NCBI RefSeq assembly: GCF_963921235.1
Contig: NC_086097.1
Location: forward strand, 149,918,001-149,982,000
Length of the DNA: 64,000 nucleotides
Direction: 5' to 3'
Origin: Mobula hypostoma
Lineage: Eukaryota
Part shown: in pieces, positions 13,311-26,612 of the stretch
Numbering within the stretch: position 1 is the first letter of the stretch
Layout of the letters: each line of letters starts with the position of its first letter
Notes under the pieces: generated by a model
The model's database searches: none
Told to the model about the DNA's origin: nothing
What the model saw: only the letters and a program-made list of their open reading frames with translations
Made by a program: the position numbers and the translations under genes

Positions 13311-15639
13311 GAGTATGCTGGTTATCCACACTCTCAACATTGCTGACAGACTAAAGCAACTGGTTAATTTCTGTGCAGACAATGAATGACATTTTAACGA
13401 GAGAGGCTCTGATGACCCCAGCCCCAGACAAATACCCAAACCCTAACATGCATTGAACATTGTAAACAACAACAACCAGTTTTGATAAAAGTCATGTTAA
13501 GAGTTAAATTTGGGTCACTGAATTCTCTTTGCAAAATAAAAGAGTTAACAATAAATAAAATAGTTAATTTTGTACTCAGTCTGTTTAATCAAAGATTTGT
13601 TGGATTACCAACGTGTCTATTGCCTATTTTTGATGTCAACTAAAACATAAGGCTACAAGACATACCATGGTACCAAAACTAAATTTCTGAAAGGTGAATT
13701 TTTGATGTTATTTGGTCTTGCGGTAAAGGACTTGCTGTGTTGGTAATTTAGCATTGTCTACGACTCTTCCCATAACAGAGTAGGTTGAGTGTGTTTTATC
13801 ATTCAAAGCCATAATACTCAAAACTACCAAGACTGTTTCGCTGCTTTCAAACCTACATTCTGTTATGCCCTTATCTTGGATCTCCAAGTACTGATTAAAT
13901 ACTGCAATTCATTTTAAACATCCAATTAAGATTAACTTTCAAGGCTTCTACACTATCTAAGTTAACACAAGTTTATAACATTTCATTGTTTATAAGTGTG
14001 TACTAGCAGTTTACCCTCAAGTCATTTTTTTTTAAAAACTCTTTGATGCAGTGAAGGTTGGCTCTAGCATTTTAATTCCCCCCCCCTCACCTTTAGAGGG
14101 CTACATTTCAAAGTTTATCAGTCCAACTGTCAGTGTTGTTTACACCACTGCACACTAATTACATTACAAATTATCTACGTCATTTTTCAACACGTCTTCC
14201 TTAAGACCATTTTCCATTTGAAATGATCCAAGTTGTTTGACTTGATCATTTCCTGAGGAAGCAAGTTCCTCATTCTATCAGCCTTTCTGACAAAATTTAG
14301 TAATTGTGTACCAGATTTCAGTTCTGTGCTTTAGGACATCTTTTGTTTCTCATTTTCATACCATTGAGGAATGGTCATAAAGAGGAATAAACCAGCCATT
14401 TACAATATGAATAGTTATCCATTAGACTGCAGTAATGATTTATGGTCTGAAATAAAATCCAGTAGTGACTGAAAAATTGACATATACAAAAATAACTTCC
14501 CAAAAAAGAATCTAGTGTATGATGAAATTACCAATTTGCTGAATTAACCCAACTACTTTGCTGTCCTATAGTAAAGAAATAGGACATTCTTACCCAGTGT
14601 GCCACATTCAACTTCAGATACAGAAGTTGCTCTTTAATTGCTCTCTAAAAATGGATTGAAAGGGCACTCACTTTGCCAAAAAAAACCTACAGACTATGCA
14701 GATATCAAATTCAAACAAGTCACTGAGTTGAGTGCGCATGAACACCAAAATTCTTGTGAACTGAGATAGTTTAGCTAAACAAATTTGATTCACATCTTTC
14801 AACCAGCATCTCAGATGCATCACAATCCTTGTACATCCTGCCTCACCTCTGAGGCACACTGGAACATCGTTCCTCAATACTGACACTAAAAACTGCATCA
14901 AGAATCAAATATGAGGAAAGAAAATCTGATCACCACCACTACTATTCCTCAGTTAATTAATCAGTAATCTATGTAGAACATCACTCAAAAGAAGTGAAAC
15001 ATAGTAGAAACAAGAATACTCTGGATGCTAAAATTTTCCATCTTGACTTAGTAACAGTGCTGAAAAAAATTAGATGAAAGGGACCAGGACAAAGCCCCCA
15101 GACTAAGCTCGAGGGAGTTTTGACAGAATCAATGCAAGATGTATTTCATAATTAGCCATACATTCAATCCAGCTGTTCTAGTAGCCCGAATATACTGAAT
15201 TAAATCAATACATCTAGTCACTCTCAATCATAAGTGATGTTTTGAGTAATGCTATCAATAATTAACTTGTTCAAATATGACAGATATAGCTTCCACAAGC
15301 ATTATGAATTCCAAAAAAGATGTGGAAGACTAGAAAATCACTATCCCCAAACCCAGAGCCCAGTAAAATTGAGGTCAATGGAAAAGGTAGTTGGAATCAT
15401 GCCCAACATAACATGGTTTTGAAGTCAACCATTTCAGAAAACCTTCAGGACACTGTCCAATGCCTAAATATCTTTATACACAGCAAGAGCCAGTTGCAAG
15501 TATTATGCTACAGTTGAAAGTGCTTAGTTCCCTTCCCATCTCTCAGAAAAGGGAAATTTCCCAGCTCTTTCTGCAGTTAGGTACAGACAATTTGAAGCAA
15601 TGATACATTTGACCCTGTTTTATGAGAGTCGACTGACTT

Positions 15640-16000
15640 CTAAGTGTGCCAGGGCAGGTTGAGCAAACAGTTAAGGATGGAGTAAACCCAAGAAGGAAAT
15701 CAGAAGGCCAAAAAGGGGACATACTAACTTTGGCAGAGATGATTACGAAGAATACAATAAGATTTTAAGTATATCAAGGAAAAAGAATAACGAGAGAGAA
15801 AATGGGGCCTCAAAGACCAAAGTGGATGTGGAGCCACAAGACACTGTCAAAGTCCTCAGTGAATATTGCTCCTGTTTATACCATGGATGAAGACCTGAAG
15901 GCTTCAAAACTTCGGAAGTTGATACCTTAGGGATAGTCCACTTACAGCAAAGTGCTGGACATCTTAAAACACATGAAAGCAGATAAATCTCTGGGGCATG
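15640..16000 (+). mobile_element. Old CR1 ORF2 fragment
   Basis: Decayed linker region (aaaaggggacat..ttggcagag..ttttaagtatatcaaggaaaaag..ctcagtgaatatt..gataaatctctgggg). Confidence 0.55.
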
Positions 16001-16486
16001 TCTAAATTTGCCAATGGAAACTGTTCCCACGGGCAGAAGAAAGAAGAACAAGGGGGCACAAAGTGACAATTGAAAACAAAAGAACTAATAAAGTTCTAAC
16101 TACTGGCTTTTGCAGGTTAGTTGAAAAACAAAAAGATGGATTTTATACAAAAAACCAGTATGTGGTTCATTCCAGGGAAAACAGTGCAAGAGGAGTGAAA
16201 GATTACTGGAGACAGATCTAAATGCGATCTTTAAAAGTATGCAAAACAAATCAAAACCCAAAAAACTGATAGTATTACGATCTGGATAACACTTATATGG
16301 AATCAACGCAGACTCAATCCTCAAATGGCCGCCATAAACTTCGATTATAGGAACTCAACACACCAGCTGTAGTGATTGTTAACGTTAAAATTTTAATTGC
16401 TTTGACTTCATATAATACCTCATTCAAATTGTACTTCAAAATCAGAAATAGTTGATGATTAAGTGTGACAAGTAGTTAAGAATTAC

Positions 16487-16790
16487 CTCTCCAATCGCAC
16501 AGAACGTGCCCCGCTGCTGCCCCTTTAGTCGGACTCAGGTAAATCAGTTGCTGAGCATTGCCACCTGGACAGAGTAGGCGAGCACACGTCGTCCTGCAAA
16601 CCCACCAATTGGACACAGGGCACCCAGCAGTGGGCGGGATTGTCGCTTAACTGACAGGCCGGGTGCGCGAGCCCGGACAACCGACCACGGTTAAAACGGT
16701 TGGACTTGGGCGAAGCGGATTGGCGTCTGGGATTTGAGTGACGTCTCGTTTCTTCACAACAAAACCAGATCCACGCGCGTCCCTGAACCT
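16487..16790 (-). promoter_or_regulatory. CpG-rich promoter with candidate non-coding first exon (donor after 16487)
   Basis: Local GC/CpG enrichment; ccaattgg near 16606, gggcggg near 16632, attgg near 16719, tgacgt near 16739; minus-strand donor ggagag|gtaatt. Confidence 0.7.
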
Positions 16791-17094
16791 AATTACCCAT
16801 TCAAAGTACAACCCCCAATTCAAAAGTTACAATAGACGCTTTTATCGATAAACTACGTATTGCCCAGTACTACAGTTTTTGCAAGAGTCCCTGGGTTTTC
16901 GTTCCTGGGAGAGAGAAATTGCCAACGTTAGCTTTAATGATAGAGTTCAACTGCCTCTTCTGTTAAATCTGAGGTCTGCACACACGCACATAACATCAGG
17001 TATAAACTAGTGTGGGAAATTAAGAGGCCAAGGCAACAGGGTCCTCGGAGCATGGGTCTCCAACAGTCAGAAAAATGCTATTAAAACATGTTAT

Positions 17095-17215
17095 TCACAA
17101 ACACCAGAAAATCTGCAGATACTGGCAAACACGCAAAATGTTGGAGGAACTCAGCAGGCCGGGCAGGATTAATGGAAAAAGAGTCGGCGTTTCGGGCGGA
17201 GACCCTTCATCAGAA
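17095..17215 (-). mobile_element. Penelope-like terminal fragment with mutated minimal hammerhead
   Basis: Minus: ctgatga-agggtctccgccc-gaaa-cg-CC-gact (UH site mutated). Confidence 0.75.
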
Positions 17216-18553
17216 CCCATGTTATTCGTTCCTCTTTCCCCCCCCCAAAATGAACATTCGGAAAGATGGGCGGGAGAAACTAGTTTGTTATTGAAGGCAA
17301 TTACACAACCGATTCAAGTTTTCAGCAACTGCAGATTTTAAAAATCTTTCATTTATTGAACAGATCTGGCTGGGAGAAGAGAAAGTGGTTCACAGGTAAG
17401 CTTTCTGGAAGTCAGCATCGTCTACGCACAACAAAAACAAACCCTGAGCATTTGCGCAACAGCTGGTTGCAAGGCCACTTGACGCGAAACAACCATTACA
17501 AGTATCTCTGGGTAGAAAGGAGCCACCACTTACTGAAACTATAATTCGCCACAAAATAAACGTCTTATTTCAGTTTTCTGTAATATGAATGCCATTATAA
17601 TAAACCTTCAGCGACGAATACACCAAAAACAAGTCAATGTGGGTTTTTTTTGCTACAGTCAGTAATGAAACCGCACTTGAAGCTATCACTGCTGGGGAGT
17701 TTTAAAACACCTTGATACTTTTAACAGCTGAAACTTCAGCAAACCAGAAATCTGTCTAAACTTTAAGAAGCACTGTGCAATCAATTCGCAGCCATCTGCT
17801 TTATCTCATCTGGTGTTATCAAATGATCTCTTCCTTCTCCAACTAGCCACGTACACAAAAATATAGTGCTCTATAAAGCACGGCATGTAAATTACGTTTA
17901 GGATCAATGACGGAGCATACATCATTGATTTGTACATGTGACATTATAGACGTGCTCTCGGATTATTTTAAGTTTTGTAGGATAACTTGGATATTACCCC
18001 TCATACAAAAGTTTCGGGAGGACGCACTCTGCAGCAACAAGTCGCGAGATTCGTTTCACGTTTCAAGACTTATATAATCATATACGGTAGAGTATTTATA
18101 TTCACTTCGTGTAATGTGCTACTGGGAGCGTGGGTGGATCAAATACCAGGAGTTGTGTGGATTTTTGCATTATTTAAAAAAAGAATGAGGTGGCGAAAAC
18201 CACGAGTTATTTAAAAACCACATTTACAATTTTATTAATTAAAACAAGAAGAAGAAAACCAAGTTGGAAAAGGTTCCAGCGTGATTGACCACCCGTCTTG
18301 TGGCAACATCAAGAAATACAAACAAGTTATTCGCTCCACCCCCAAATCTCATTCTCGTTTCCTAAATATTGCGTTGCTAACTTCCCTTAAAAATCACGAT
18401 TACTGTACTCAGAAGAACTTATTTTACTCTCGATAAATACTAATGGCTTTGAAAAGAATGTCATCGCCCGTTGAAAGGCATGTACCCAAAACAAATCAAA
18501 ATTGACATGCTGTAAGAAACAAGAGTTGTCAAATAAGGTTGTTGCAAACTTAC

Positions 18554-18751
18554 CTCGAGTTAAAGAAAGATCTGCACTTATGCCGAGCCTGCTGGCAAAC
18601 GTAGCCCGTTTGTTTTCAAACCTATCTTTTGTAACGTTCCGTATATTTTTCCCCTCCGCCTGTTACCGTTTTGGTATGAGCGGATGTGGGAGGTTTTATA
18701 AAGCTTCTGTTACAGCCCTGCCCACTATTTTTTTCGCCTTGCAGACACGTG
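18554..18751 (-). promoter_or_regulatory. Candidate upstream TATA promoter and alternative first exon
   Basis: Minus strand: cacgtg (18746-18751), gtgggcaggg, TATAAAA (18700-18694), about 120 nt CpG-containing segment, perfect donor GAG|GTAAGT after 18554. Confidence 0.5.
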
Positions 18752-19549
18752 TTTTCCATTAGAAAATGAAAACGTTTCAATTTTAAAGCCTTTATTTAGT
18801 AAACAAGATAATTTATTTACAACAGACATTTTGAAAAACAAATAAAAATGATCCGGAAACTGAATGTACCAAAGTTGTACTTGTATTTTTTTATATGTAA
18901 TCTCGAACTAGTTGTAATGGCGTATGTGCTGTTGAGCACATCCACGTACTAGAGCAATTAAAGCTGTTAGGAGGCAAAATACAGATTAAATTTTGTTACT
19001 TGTGCCTAAAGTATTTTCTCAGATTACGACAGGCGCATGACTGTGTGCACATACACACTGCAATTCCCACACGTAGTCGGGATGATGCAATTTGCAATAG
19101 ATAACTAAAACCCAGGATGTTTTGAACTCTCACATAAGTTTATCTTACATTCAGTAAAACATTTACCAGACAATGAGAGGCAGATACTTAACAAAGTTAT
19201 TTATCCAATATTACTGCTGCGTCCGAAAAAGAAACTCCCTAGTTTAGTTGTGTGGTTCTGTTGCATGGGTATACCAATCCAAAACCCCATCAGAATTTTA
19301 AAAATAGTTTTCACCATTTAAAACGACTTTACAAATCAACTATTATATTGAAAAAATCACCATGCGACCAATTGGATTATACTGATGTTTACATGGCGTC
19401 CTTCACTCTAATTTTCATATTCCAATTTGTTTTACATTATTCATTTTCCATAATATATGCATCAAGCTTCCTTTCTATTAAAGATTGGTTGATTCCATAT
19501 TCTTGATAGAATTTAATGTTGCATCCTCTTCGTCCAGGAAATAAATTCA

Positions 19550-19930
19550 AAGATCAACATAAATTTATTATCAAAATACAAAGAGTATACAGTATATTAC
19601 TGAAAACTATATTTTCATGCAGGCATTTACAGGAAAAGAATAGAATATAATTGTGTGGGGAAAAAATTGTACATAAACGAAGATGGACAAACACCAAGGT
19701 GAAAAAGCAGACAAACTGCAATTAAAAATAATATTGATAACATGGGTTGTAAAGAGCCCTTGAAACTGAGTCTGCAGATTCAGTTCAGGGTATTGGTGAA
19801 TGAAATTATTCACACCAGTTCAGTTTGTAGAGTAAGATTTGTTCCTGAAACTAGTAGTGTAGGGTTGAAGGCTTCTGTATCTTCCGCACAATGGTAATAG
19901 TAAGAAGAGGGATGGCTTGGATAGTAGGGT
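19550..19930 (-). mobile_element. Rex1/Babar-type 3' tail fragment
   Basis: aaatttattatcaaa tail; similar to 42720-43165. Confidence 0.6.
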
Positions 19931-19933
19931 CTT

Positions 19934-20968
19934 CAGAATCAGAATCAGGTTTAATAGCACTGGCATATGTCATGCAGCAGCGCACAATGCAATACACAAT
20001 AATAGAGAAAATACATGAGTTATCATAATTATATATAATTGTTAAATAAGTAGTGCAAAAGTAAAAATTTTAAAAGTAGTGAGGTAGTGTTTGTGGGTTC
20101 AAGGTCCACTCAGAAATCTGCAGAGGGAAGAAGCTATTCCTGAATCGCTGAGTGTGTGCCTTCAGGCTCCTGTACCTCCTCTCTGATGGTAGCAGTGTGA
20201 AGAGGGTATGTCCTGGTTCTTGGGGGTCCTCAATGATGGATGCCGCCTTTTTGACATACGTATTGCTCTTTAAAGATGTCCTGGATACCGTCCATTATAG
20301 AGATGACTAAGATCATAACTTTCTGCAGCTTCTTTTGATCCTGTGTAGTAGCTGCGCCCCCCCCCCCACCATACAAGCCAGTGATGCAGCTATTTAGAAT
20401 GCTGTCCACTGTACATCTGGAGACATTGAGTGTCTTTGGTGCGTATCAACTTTCCTCGCACTCCTAATGAAATATAACCACTGTTGTGTGCCTTCTTTAT
20501 AGTTGCATTGATATGTTGGGCCCAGGATAGATCCTCAGAGGTACTGACACCCAAGAAGTTGAAATTGCTCACTCTTTCAACTTCTGATTCCTCTACGAAG
20601 ACTGGTATGTGTTCCCGTGTCTTACCCTTTCTGAAGTCCACAATCAGTTCTTTGGTCTTACTGACGTCGAGTGCCAGGTTGTTGCTGCAGCACCACTCAA
20701 CTAGCTGATGTATTTCACTCCTGTATGGCCTCTTGTCACCATCTGAAATTCTGCCAATAATAGTGGTATTTATGGCATTTGAGCTGTGCCTATCCACACA
20801 GTCATGGATGCAGAGAGGGGAGTAGAGCAGTGGGCTAAGCACACATCCCTGAGGTGCGCCAATGTTAATTGTTGTGGAGGTGGAGATGTTATTTCTTATC
20901 CATGCAGATGGCGGTCTCCCAGAGAGGAGTCGAGGATCCAGTTGCAGAGGGAAGTACCAAGACTCAGG
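19934..20968 (-). mobile_element. Rex1/Babar LINE, RT C-terminal half plus tail
   Basis: LSPLLYS..HDC..WC.SNNLALDVSKTKELIVDFRK..FLGV..SEDLSW; tail (gattct)n. Confidence 0.88.
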
Positions 20969-21639
20969 TTAGGATACAGGTCTGTGCATCCATAGACCTG
21001 CATACAATTTATTTTTTATGCTCCTTTATTCTTAACTTGTCTCCCTGAAGATATTTTCCACATTCCCTCAACAGACCACTTCTCAGTAACACTTTTGGGT
21101 ATATCTTATGGAATTTAGGCTGCTGATCATGAAACTCTGTGAAATTTCCCTATCACACACAATTTTATTGGAATCACCTGTATTTGTTATTTCAAGTCAT
21201 AGTTCAAGTCAATTAAAATGTTGCCCACAACATAAGCTGAAACCATCTTGGTCCATAACAATATCATCTTTTTATTGACTCAGACAATCCCTTCTGCATA
21301 AGCATCCATTATAATTATGTTTCTAGATTGATATCTTCCTTAAACTTTCATCAACAGTTATGCGAAGATGTGCTTTCTTTTCTCTCCAGAAAGATGTTTC
21401 TGTTTTAAAGCTTATCCAGGATTTCCTCAGCAGAGAAATTAGTTTCTCCTCATCTGGTCTTTCAAATCTTTTATCATTTTAAACACCACAGTTATATGTC
21501 CTTCAATTTTCTTTTGTCAAGAGATAAGAAACCAAGTCAATCTTCAATCTGTTCTGACTGGCTGATACATGCTTCGGCAGATTATTAATCGCAGTTGACA
21601 TTTTGAGTTGAGGACTTTCTTCTGGACACCGTCCTCAAA

Positions 21640-21745
21640 TTCAGGTCCTGAAGAAGGTTTTTGACTCGTAATTTTGACTGTCCATTTCTCTCCATGGATG
21701 CTGCCTGAACCACTGAGCTTCTCGAAAATTTTGTGTTTTGCTTTG
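21640..21745 (+). mobile_element. Penelope-like terminal fragment, decayed
   Basis: gtcctgaagaagg...gactg...ggatgctgcctga...ctgag. Confidence 0.55.
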
Positions 21746-21828
21746 GTTGCTTGATGAGTGGAGTTCTTCCTGTGCTTTCTTAGATTTCCTGCAGATTCTC
21801 AGGTCCCACAGCTGTAACTCCCGCCCCC

Positions 21829-21830
<2 letters not shown>

Positions 21831-21867
<37 letters not shown>

Positions 21868-21900
21868 GCGCGCGCACGCACACACACTCACCCACAACAC
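21831..21900. repeat. (CA)n microsatellite with (CG)n interruption
   Basis: Direct reading. Confidence 0.95.
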
Positions 21901-22039
21901 ATTTTTGATTTCTTAAACACCCTTTTTCTCAGATAGCTAAAGGTAATGCTAGCAATTGAAAATAATAATGAATTTCATCACTAATATCTAACAGAGTGGT
22001 GTTCCTAAGATATTCTGACACAAAAAAATTACGAGAATA

Positions 22040-22450
22040 TTGCTGGGATGTCAGGGCCTGAGTTATAGGAAGAGGTTGGGCTGGTAAAACTTTATTTCTT
22101 GAGATATAAATAACTCAGAGGTGGAGGTGGATAAACTCACGTGGAGCAGAGATAATATGAATTCACAGTCATTCTCCCAGGGAAAGGGAACCCAAAATGA
22201 AAGGATATAGGTTTAAGGTGAGAGGAAAAAGAACCTGAGAGGCAATTTCTTCATCAAGAGGGTGGTGCATGTATGGATTGAGCTGCTAAAGGAGGCAGTT
22301 GAGGCAGGTACAATGACAACTTTTAAAAGATGTTTGGGTAAGTGCAGAAATAGGAATGTTTGGAGGGAGATGGGCCAAATATAGGACCAGCTTGGATGAG
22401 TACCATGGTCCTGTTGGGCTGAAGAGCCTATCTCTGTGCTATATTCCTCT
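22040..22450 (+). mobile_element. CR1 3' fragment
   Basis: ctgagttataggaagaggttg..ttcttcatcaagagggtggtg..gggctgaagagcctatctctgtgctatatt. Confidence 0.7.
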
Positions 22451-22631
22451 AGGATTCGAAATGGGAAACATTTCATGATTCTGAGGGTCTCCTCATGGGC
22501 CTGTACTGTTGCAGGGCAGTGTTATACAGTGCGGAGAGTTTGGCACAGGGGAGTGTTTTGTGGATGTTGACTGTAAGATCCATTCCCTTATAAGGTTCAA
22601 TGAGCAAATGAGCAAGAGCAATAGTTTTGAC

Positions 22632-23229
22632 TGGTGGCATCCGTTAGTCTCGCGAGACCATGGATCTGTGCCTGGAAAGTCTTGCTCTGGAGTGTCCTCT
22701 CCAGGGTGCAGGCCTGGGCAAGGTTGTATGGAGGATTGGCAGTTGCCCAAGCAGCAAGTCTCCCCTCTCCATGCCACCGGTGTTGTCCAAGAGAAGGGCA
22801 AGGGCCGATATAGCTTGGCACCAGTGTCGTCGCAGGAGTTGCCAGAACGAGGTTGAAGGCAACGTCGGACCGCCTTAGGGACTCCAGTTCCAGATTTGTC
22901 TTCAGGGTTTACTCCTGAAGCCTTTCCCATGAGTGGGTATGGCCGCAAGGCAGCAGAGGTTTGAAATCAGAGTTTCCCTTCCTTAGATGGACAGCCTTCC
23001 CAGGCTGACGAGCTCCATCTACCCAAAGCACTGGTTTTAAGGTGCCAGGATCTGCCTTCACCCCTTCTCCTGTCAGTAGAAACAGTTCCGCTGGGCTTAG
23101 AGGCTAAGCCACATGAGAAGGCCAGGAGCTGGACTTGGTTGTCAGAGGCTATTTGAGGTGCATGCCATGAGGAGCACTTTTATGTAGTGGGAGATTGCCC
23201 CACTACCACTCCTCGGCTTGACAACCTTG
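22632..23229 (-). mobile_element. Non-autonomous RTE-related element (5'-UTR-like body plus RTE-type 3' end)
   Basis: GC-rich block; minus strand ends ccatggtctcgcgagactaacggatgccacc and contains cagcctgggaaggc..ccatctaaggaagggaaactctgatttcaaacctc, resembling RTE UTR motifs; no coding remnant. Confidence 0.6.
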
Positions 23230-23289
23230 GAACTACAGCTCCCAAAATGTGCATATATAAGTATAGCTTGGAACAGCAGCACAACTTAC

Positions 23290-24355
23290 AAGGCCTCTGG
23301 TTCTCTTCGATCTTGTGCATTGGATCCTCATTACCAGTCAGTGATGCAACCAGTCAAATTGCCCTCCATGGTACAACTGTAGAAGTTTACGAGAGTGACA
23401 TACCAAATCTCCTCAGACCTCTAGTGAAATACAGCCAGTAGCTGCATCAATGTGTTGAGCCCACGCTAGATCCTCGGAGATGCTGACACCCAGCAACTTG
23501 AAGCTGATCATCCTTTCCACTGCTGATCCTAAAATGGTGGTTGGTGTGTGTTGTCCTGATGTCCCCATTCAATTCCTTGGTATTGATGGCGTTGAGGGTG
23601 AGGTTGTTGTCATGACACCACTCAGCCAGCTAATTTGTTTCGCCTCCCTGTCACCTTCTGAGATTCTGGCATCAAGAGCGCCATCATCGGTGAATTTTGC
23701 AGATGGTACTTGATCTGTGCCAAGCCACACGGTCATGTGTGGAGAGACTGGAGCAGGGGTAAGCGTGCATCGTTGAGGTGCATCTGTGACTGTCAGCGAT
23801 ATGGAGATGTTACTATTGATCCAAGCTGACTGTGGTGGCCTGATGAGGAAGTCAAAAATCCAGATGCAGGGGGAGGTAGAGAGGCCAAGGTTTTGAAACA
23901 TGTGATTAGAATAGAGGGGACAATGGTGTTGAACTTTGAGTTGTAGTCAATTAATAGCAACCTGACATAGATATTCCTGTTGACAAGGTGGGCCAAAGCT
24001 GAGTGGGGAGCCAATGAAATTGCATCTGCTGTAGACCTGTTGTGGCAATATGCAATTTACAGCAGGTCCAGATCTTTGCTCGGGTAGGAGTTAATTCTAG
24101 CCGTCACGCACCTCTCAAAGTTCATCACGGTAGATGTGCATGCTATTGGGCAATAGTTCAGCTCATGCTGCTCTTTTTGGGCTCCAGAATGATTGATGTC
24201 CTTTTGAAGCAGATGGGAACCTCTGGCTGTAGCAATGAGAGTCTGAAGATGTCCTTGAACATTCCAGCCTGCAGGTTGGTATAGGCTTTCAGTACTCTCT
24301 CAGCTACACCATTGGGGCCTGATGCATAGCGAGTGTTCCCCCTCTTAAAGGATGA
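23290..24355 (-). mobile_element. Rex1/Babar LINE RT fragment, decayed
   Basis: YVRLLLIDYNSKFNTIVP, LGLSTSPCIWIFDFL..PQ, KFTDD. Confidence 0.85.
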
Positions 24356-24559
24356 AGTATGAACTGTTTACTTTAATTTCAACCTCTTTAGTCTTCCAGG
24401 ATGCTATCATTTTCTCCATTATCTTCCTCCACTGTCATGAACAACTTTCCACTCTGCAACCCCTTAAAACTATACCCAAGTCATTATCTGAATATCTAGA
24501 AATGTATAGCTAAGCTAATTCCTTATTAAAGCCAAACATTAGTAGAAAAACATGGAAAG

Positions 24560-25260
24560 TTAGCTTACTTTTTAAATGTGAGACCAGGAAAGGCTTTGAA
24601 GTTCAGAATGACCCAGATCCTTTTGAACATGAGTCACTATGTGTAGGTGCGGCAAGCAAATAGGAAGGCAGTTGTATCTTTTATCAATTTATTGGAAGGC
24701 TTTTATTGTAAGAGGATTGAGTGCAAGAGTGGACATCCTACTTCCATTATATCAGGTCTTGCTGAGCCTGAAACTGAATGTTCTCCGCACGCTTGGTTAC
24801 TTTACCTAAGGAAGGATATATTTGTGATAGAGAAGTACAACAAATGTTCACCAGAGGTAGTGAACTTCTCATATAATCAGTGATTAAACAGAGCATGTTT
24901 ATACTCCTGAGCTTAAAAGAATGCAAGGTTATCTAATTAAAACCCCTGACTGAGGTATACAGAGTTATGACCCATTGTCTCAATTTAAGGGAACAGGGAT
25001 GAGGCCAAAATGTTTACCCAGAAGGTAGCAAATTTTTGGAGTACTCTGCCTCAGTGGGCCCTGGAGGCTCATCTTCTGGCTGGGTATATTCAATGCAGAA
25101 ATCCATAGATTTTTAGATATTGATGGAAGTAAGGGATATGCAGTTTGTGCAGGAAAGTGACACAGCGGTATAAGAGCAGTTGTGATCTTACTGAATGATG
25201 CAGCAAATGTTCAGGGCTGAATAGACCGCTCCTGCTTTATTCTTTTTCTAATGTCTCTTG
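24560..25260 (+). mobile_element. Old CR1 3' fragment
   Basis: gcaaataggaaggca..ggattgagtgcaagag..cctaaggaaggatat..gggctgaatagaccgctcctgct. Confidence 0.65.
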
Positions 25261-25354
25261 GTGCACATTTGTTGTTTTATCGTGTAATCATTGCTTCCAT
25301 TCCATCTTCAGGTCTGCTTTCAATTAAACAGAATTCATCTATTTGTATTTCTTC

Positions 25355-25522
25355 ACAAACACGCAAAATGCTGGAGCAACTCAGCATGTCAGGCAGCACC
25401 TATAGCGAAAAATGAACAGTCAGTGTTTCAGCCTCCAACATTGATCGTTCATTTCCTTCCATAGTTCCTGCAGTGTTTTGTGTGTGTTGATCTGAATTTC
25501 CAACAGCTTCAGCCTGTGTTGT
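25355..25522. mobile_element. Inverted (palindromic) Penelope-like terminal repeat, decayed
   Basis: aaacacgcaaaatgctggagcaactcagc...tttcagcc followed by partial reverse complement. Confidence 0.6.
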
Positions 25523-26344
25523 GACTGTGAACGGCTTCAGCTTTTCTATCCTGTCTGTAATATTAATTGGAAAGTGTTTAGAAAACTTCTAGATTCATAA
25601 TGATGTTGGAGTTGACTCAGAATTCTGTAATTAATGTTTTTCTGTCTTTATAGCATTTTAAATAATGTGATGTTATCATACATAGCTTCAGCCAAATGGT
25701 ACATAATTTCAGACAAACCCTTGGTGCCACATGATCTTTGAATTTTGGCCTCAGCCAAGAACAGGAATAATCAGCTGGTTTGCTGATACAGATGCTTGAT
25801 GGAAGATATGAAGGCTGGAAAGATTTTAGATGACATGCTTTTCACAAGTCAACTATCTTGCAAAAGGGAAGAATAAATGTTAGAAAACTACGTTCTTTAC
25901 TCAAATGCATTTCTATTAATGATTTTGGGTTGATCTGCTCTGCAAGTATTCTATGTTCTTCTATTGTTTAACATGGTGAGAAAATACTAAGCTATTTTTT
26001 GTAGGATGGCATGTTGAAACACAGTCAGTAACTCTGGTCTGTTACTGGAAACTCACTGAAACATCCAACTTGTGCAAACTTGCTATAAGTGTGTAATTCT
26101 AAAGAAACAACTCCAAAGGCGAGCTTGTTGCCACAAAGCACTCATTTGCAATACCACTATGATTTCACATACTTACTAATGCTAACAAGTTTTCGTATTA
26201 AATGTGACTAATCATACAATCTTATAGCACACAAAGAAACTGTTTGAATCATCACACACCTGTAACTCTATCTATTTACTCCAGTTCCCTCGGTCTTTTC
26301 TCACTTTCGGTTACTATTTATGTTCTTTAAAATGCGCTGATTAC

Positions 26345-26612
26345 AGACTAAAGATTAGCTTTATCTGTCACACGTACATCGCAGCATACAGTGAATTGCA
26401 TGTTTGCATCAATGACCAACACACAGTCTGAGATTGCTGGGGGCAAGCTGCAAATGACGCCATGCTTCCTTGCCAACATAGTATCTCCTTTACTAACACT
26501 AATGCATACACCTTTGGAATGTAGGAGGAACTGGAGCAACTTGAGGAAAGTCCACCATCACAGGGAGAATGTAAGAACTCCATGCAGACAGTGGCAGGAA
26601 TTGAATCCCAGA
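26345..26612 (-). mobile_element. V-SINE-like element
   Basis: ctttggaatgtaggaggaactggagca..gaggaaa..cacagggagaatgta..actccatgcagacag..ggaattgaatccc. Confidence 0.6.

Noticed and set aside
17364..17395. Possible plus-strand micro-exon (aacag|...cacag|gtaagc) of a divergent transcript
   Set aside because: Weak acceptor, no partner exon found; such motifs occur by chance.
22493..22948. 151-aa and overlapping ORFs
   Set aside because: GC-rich repeat with few stop codons; no protein motif or splice context.
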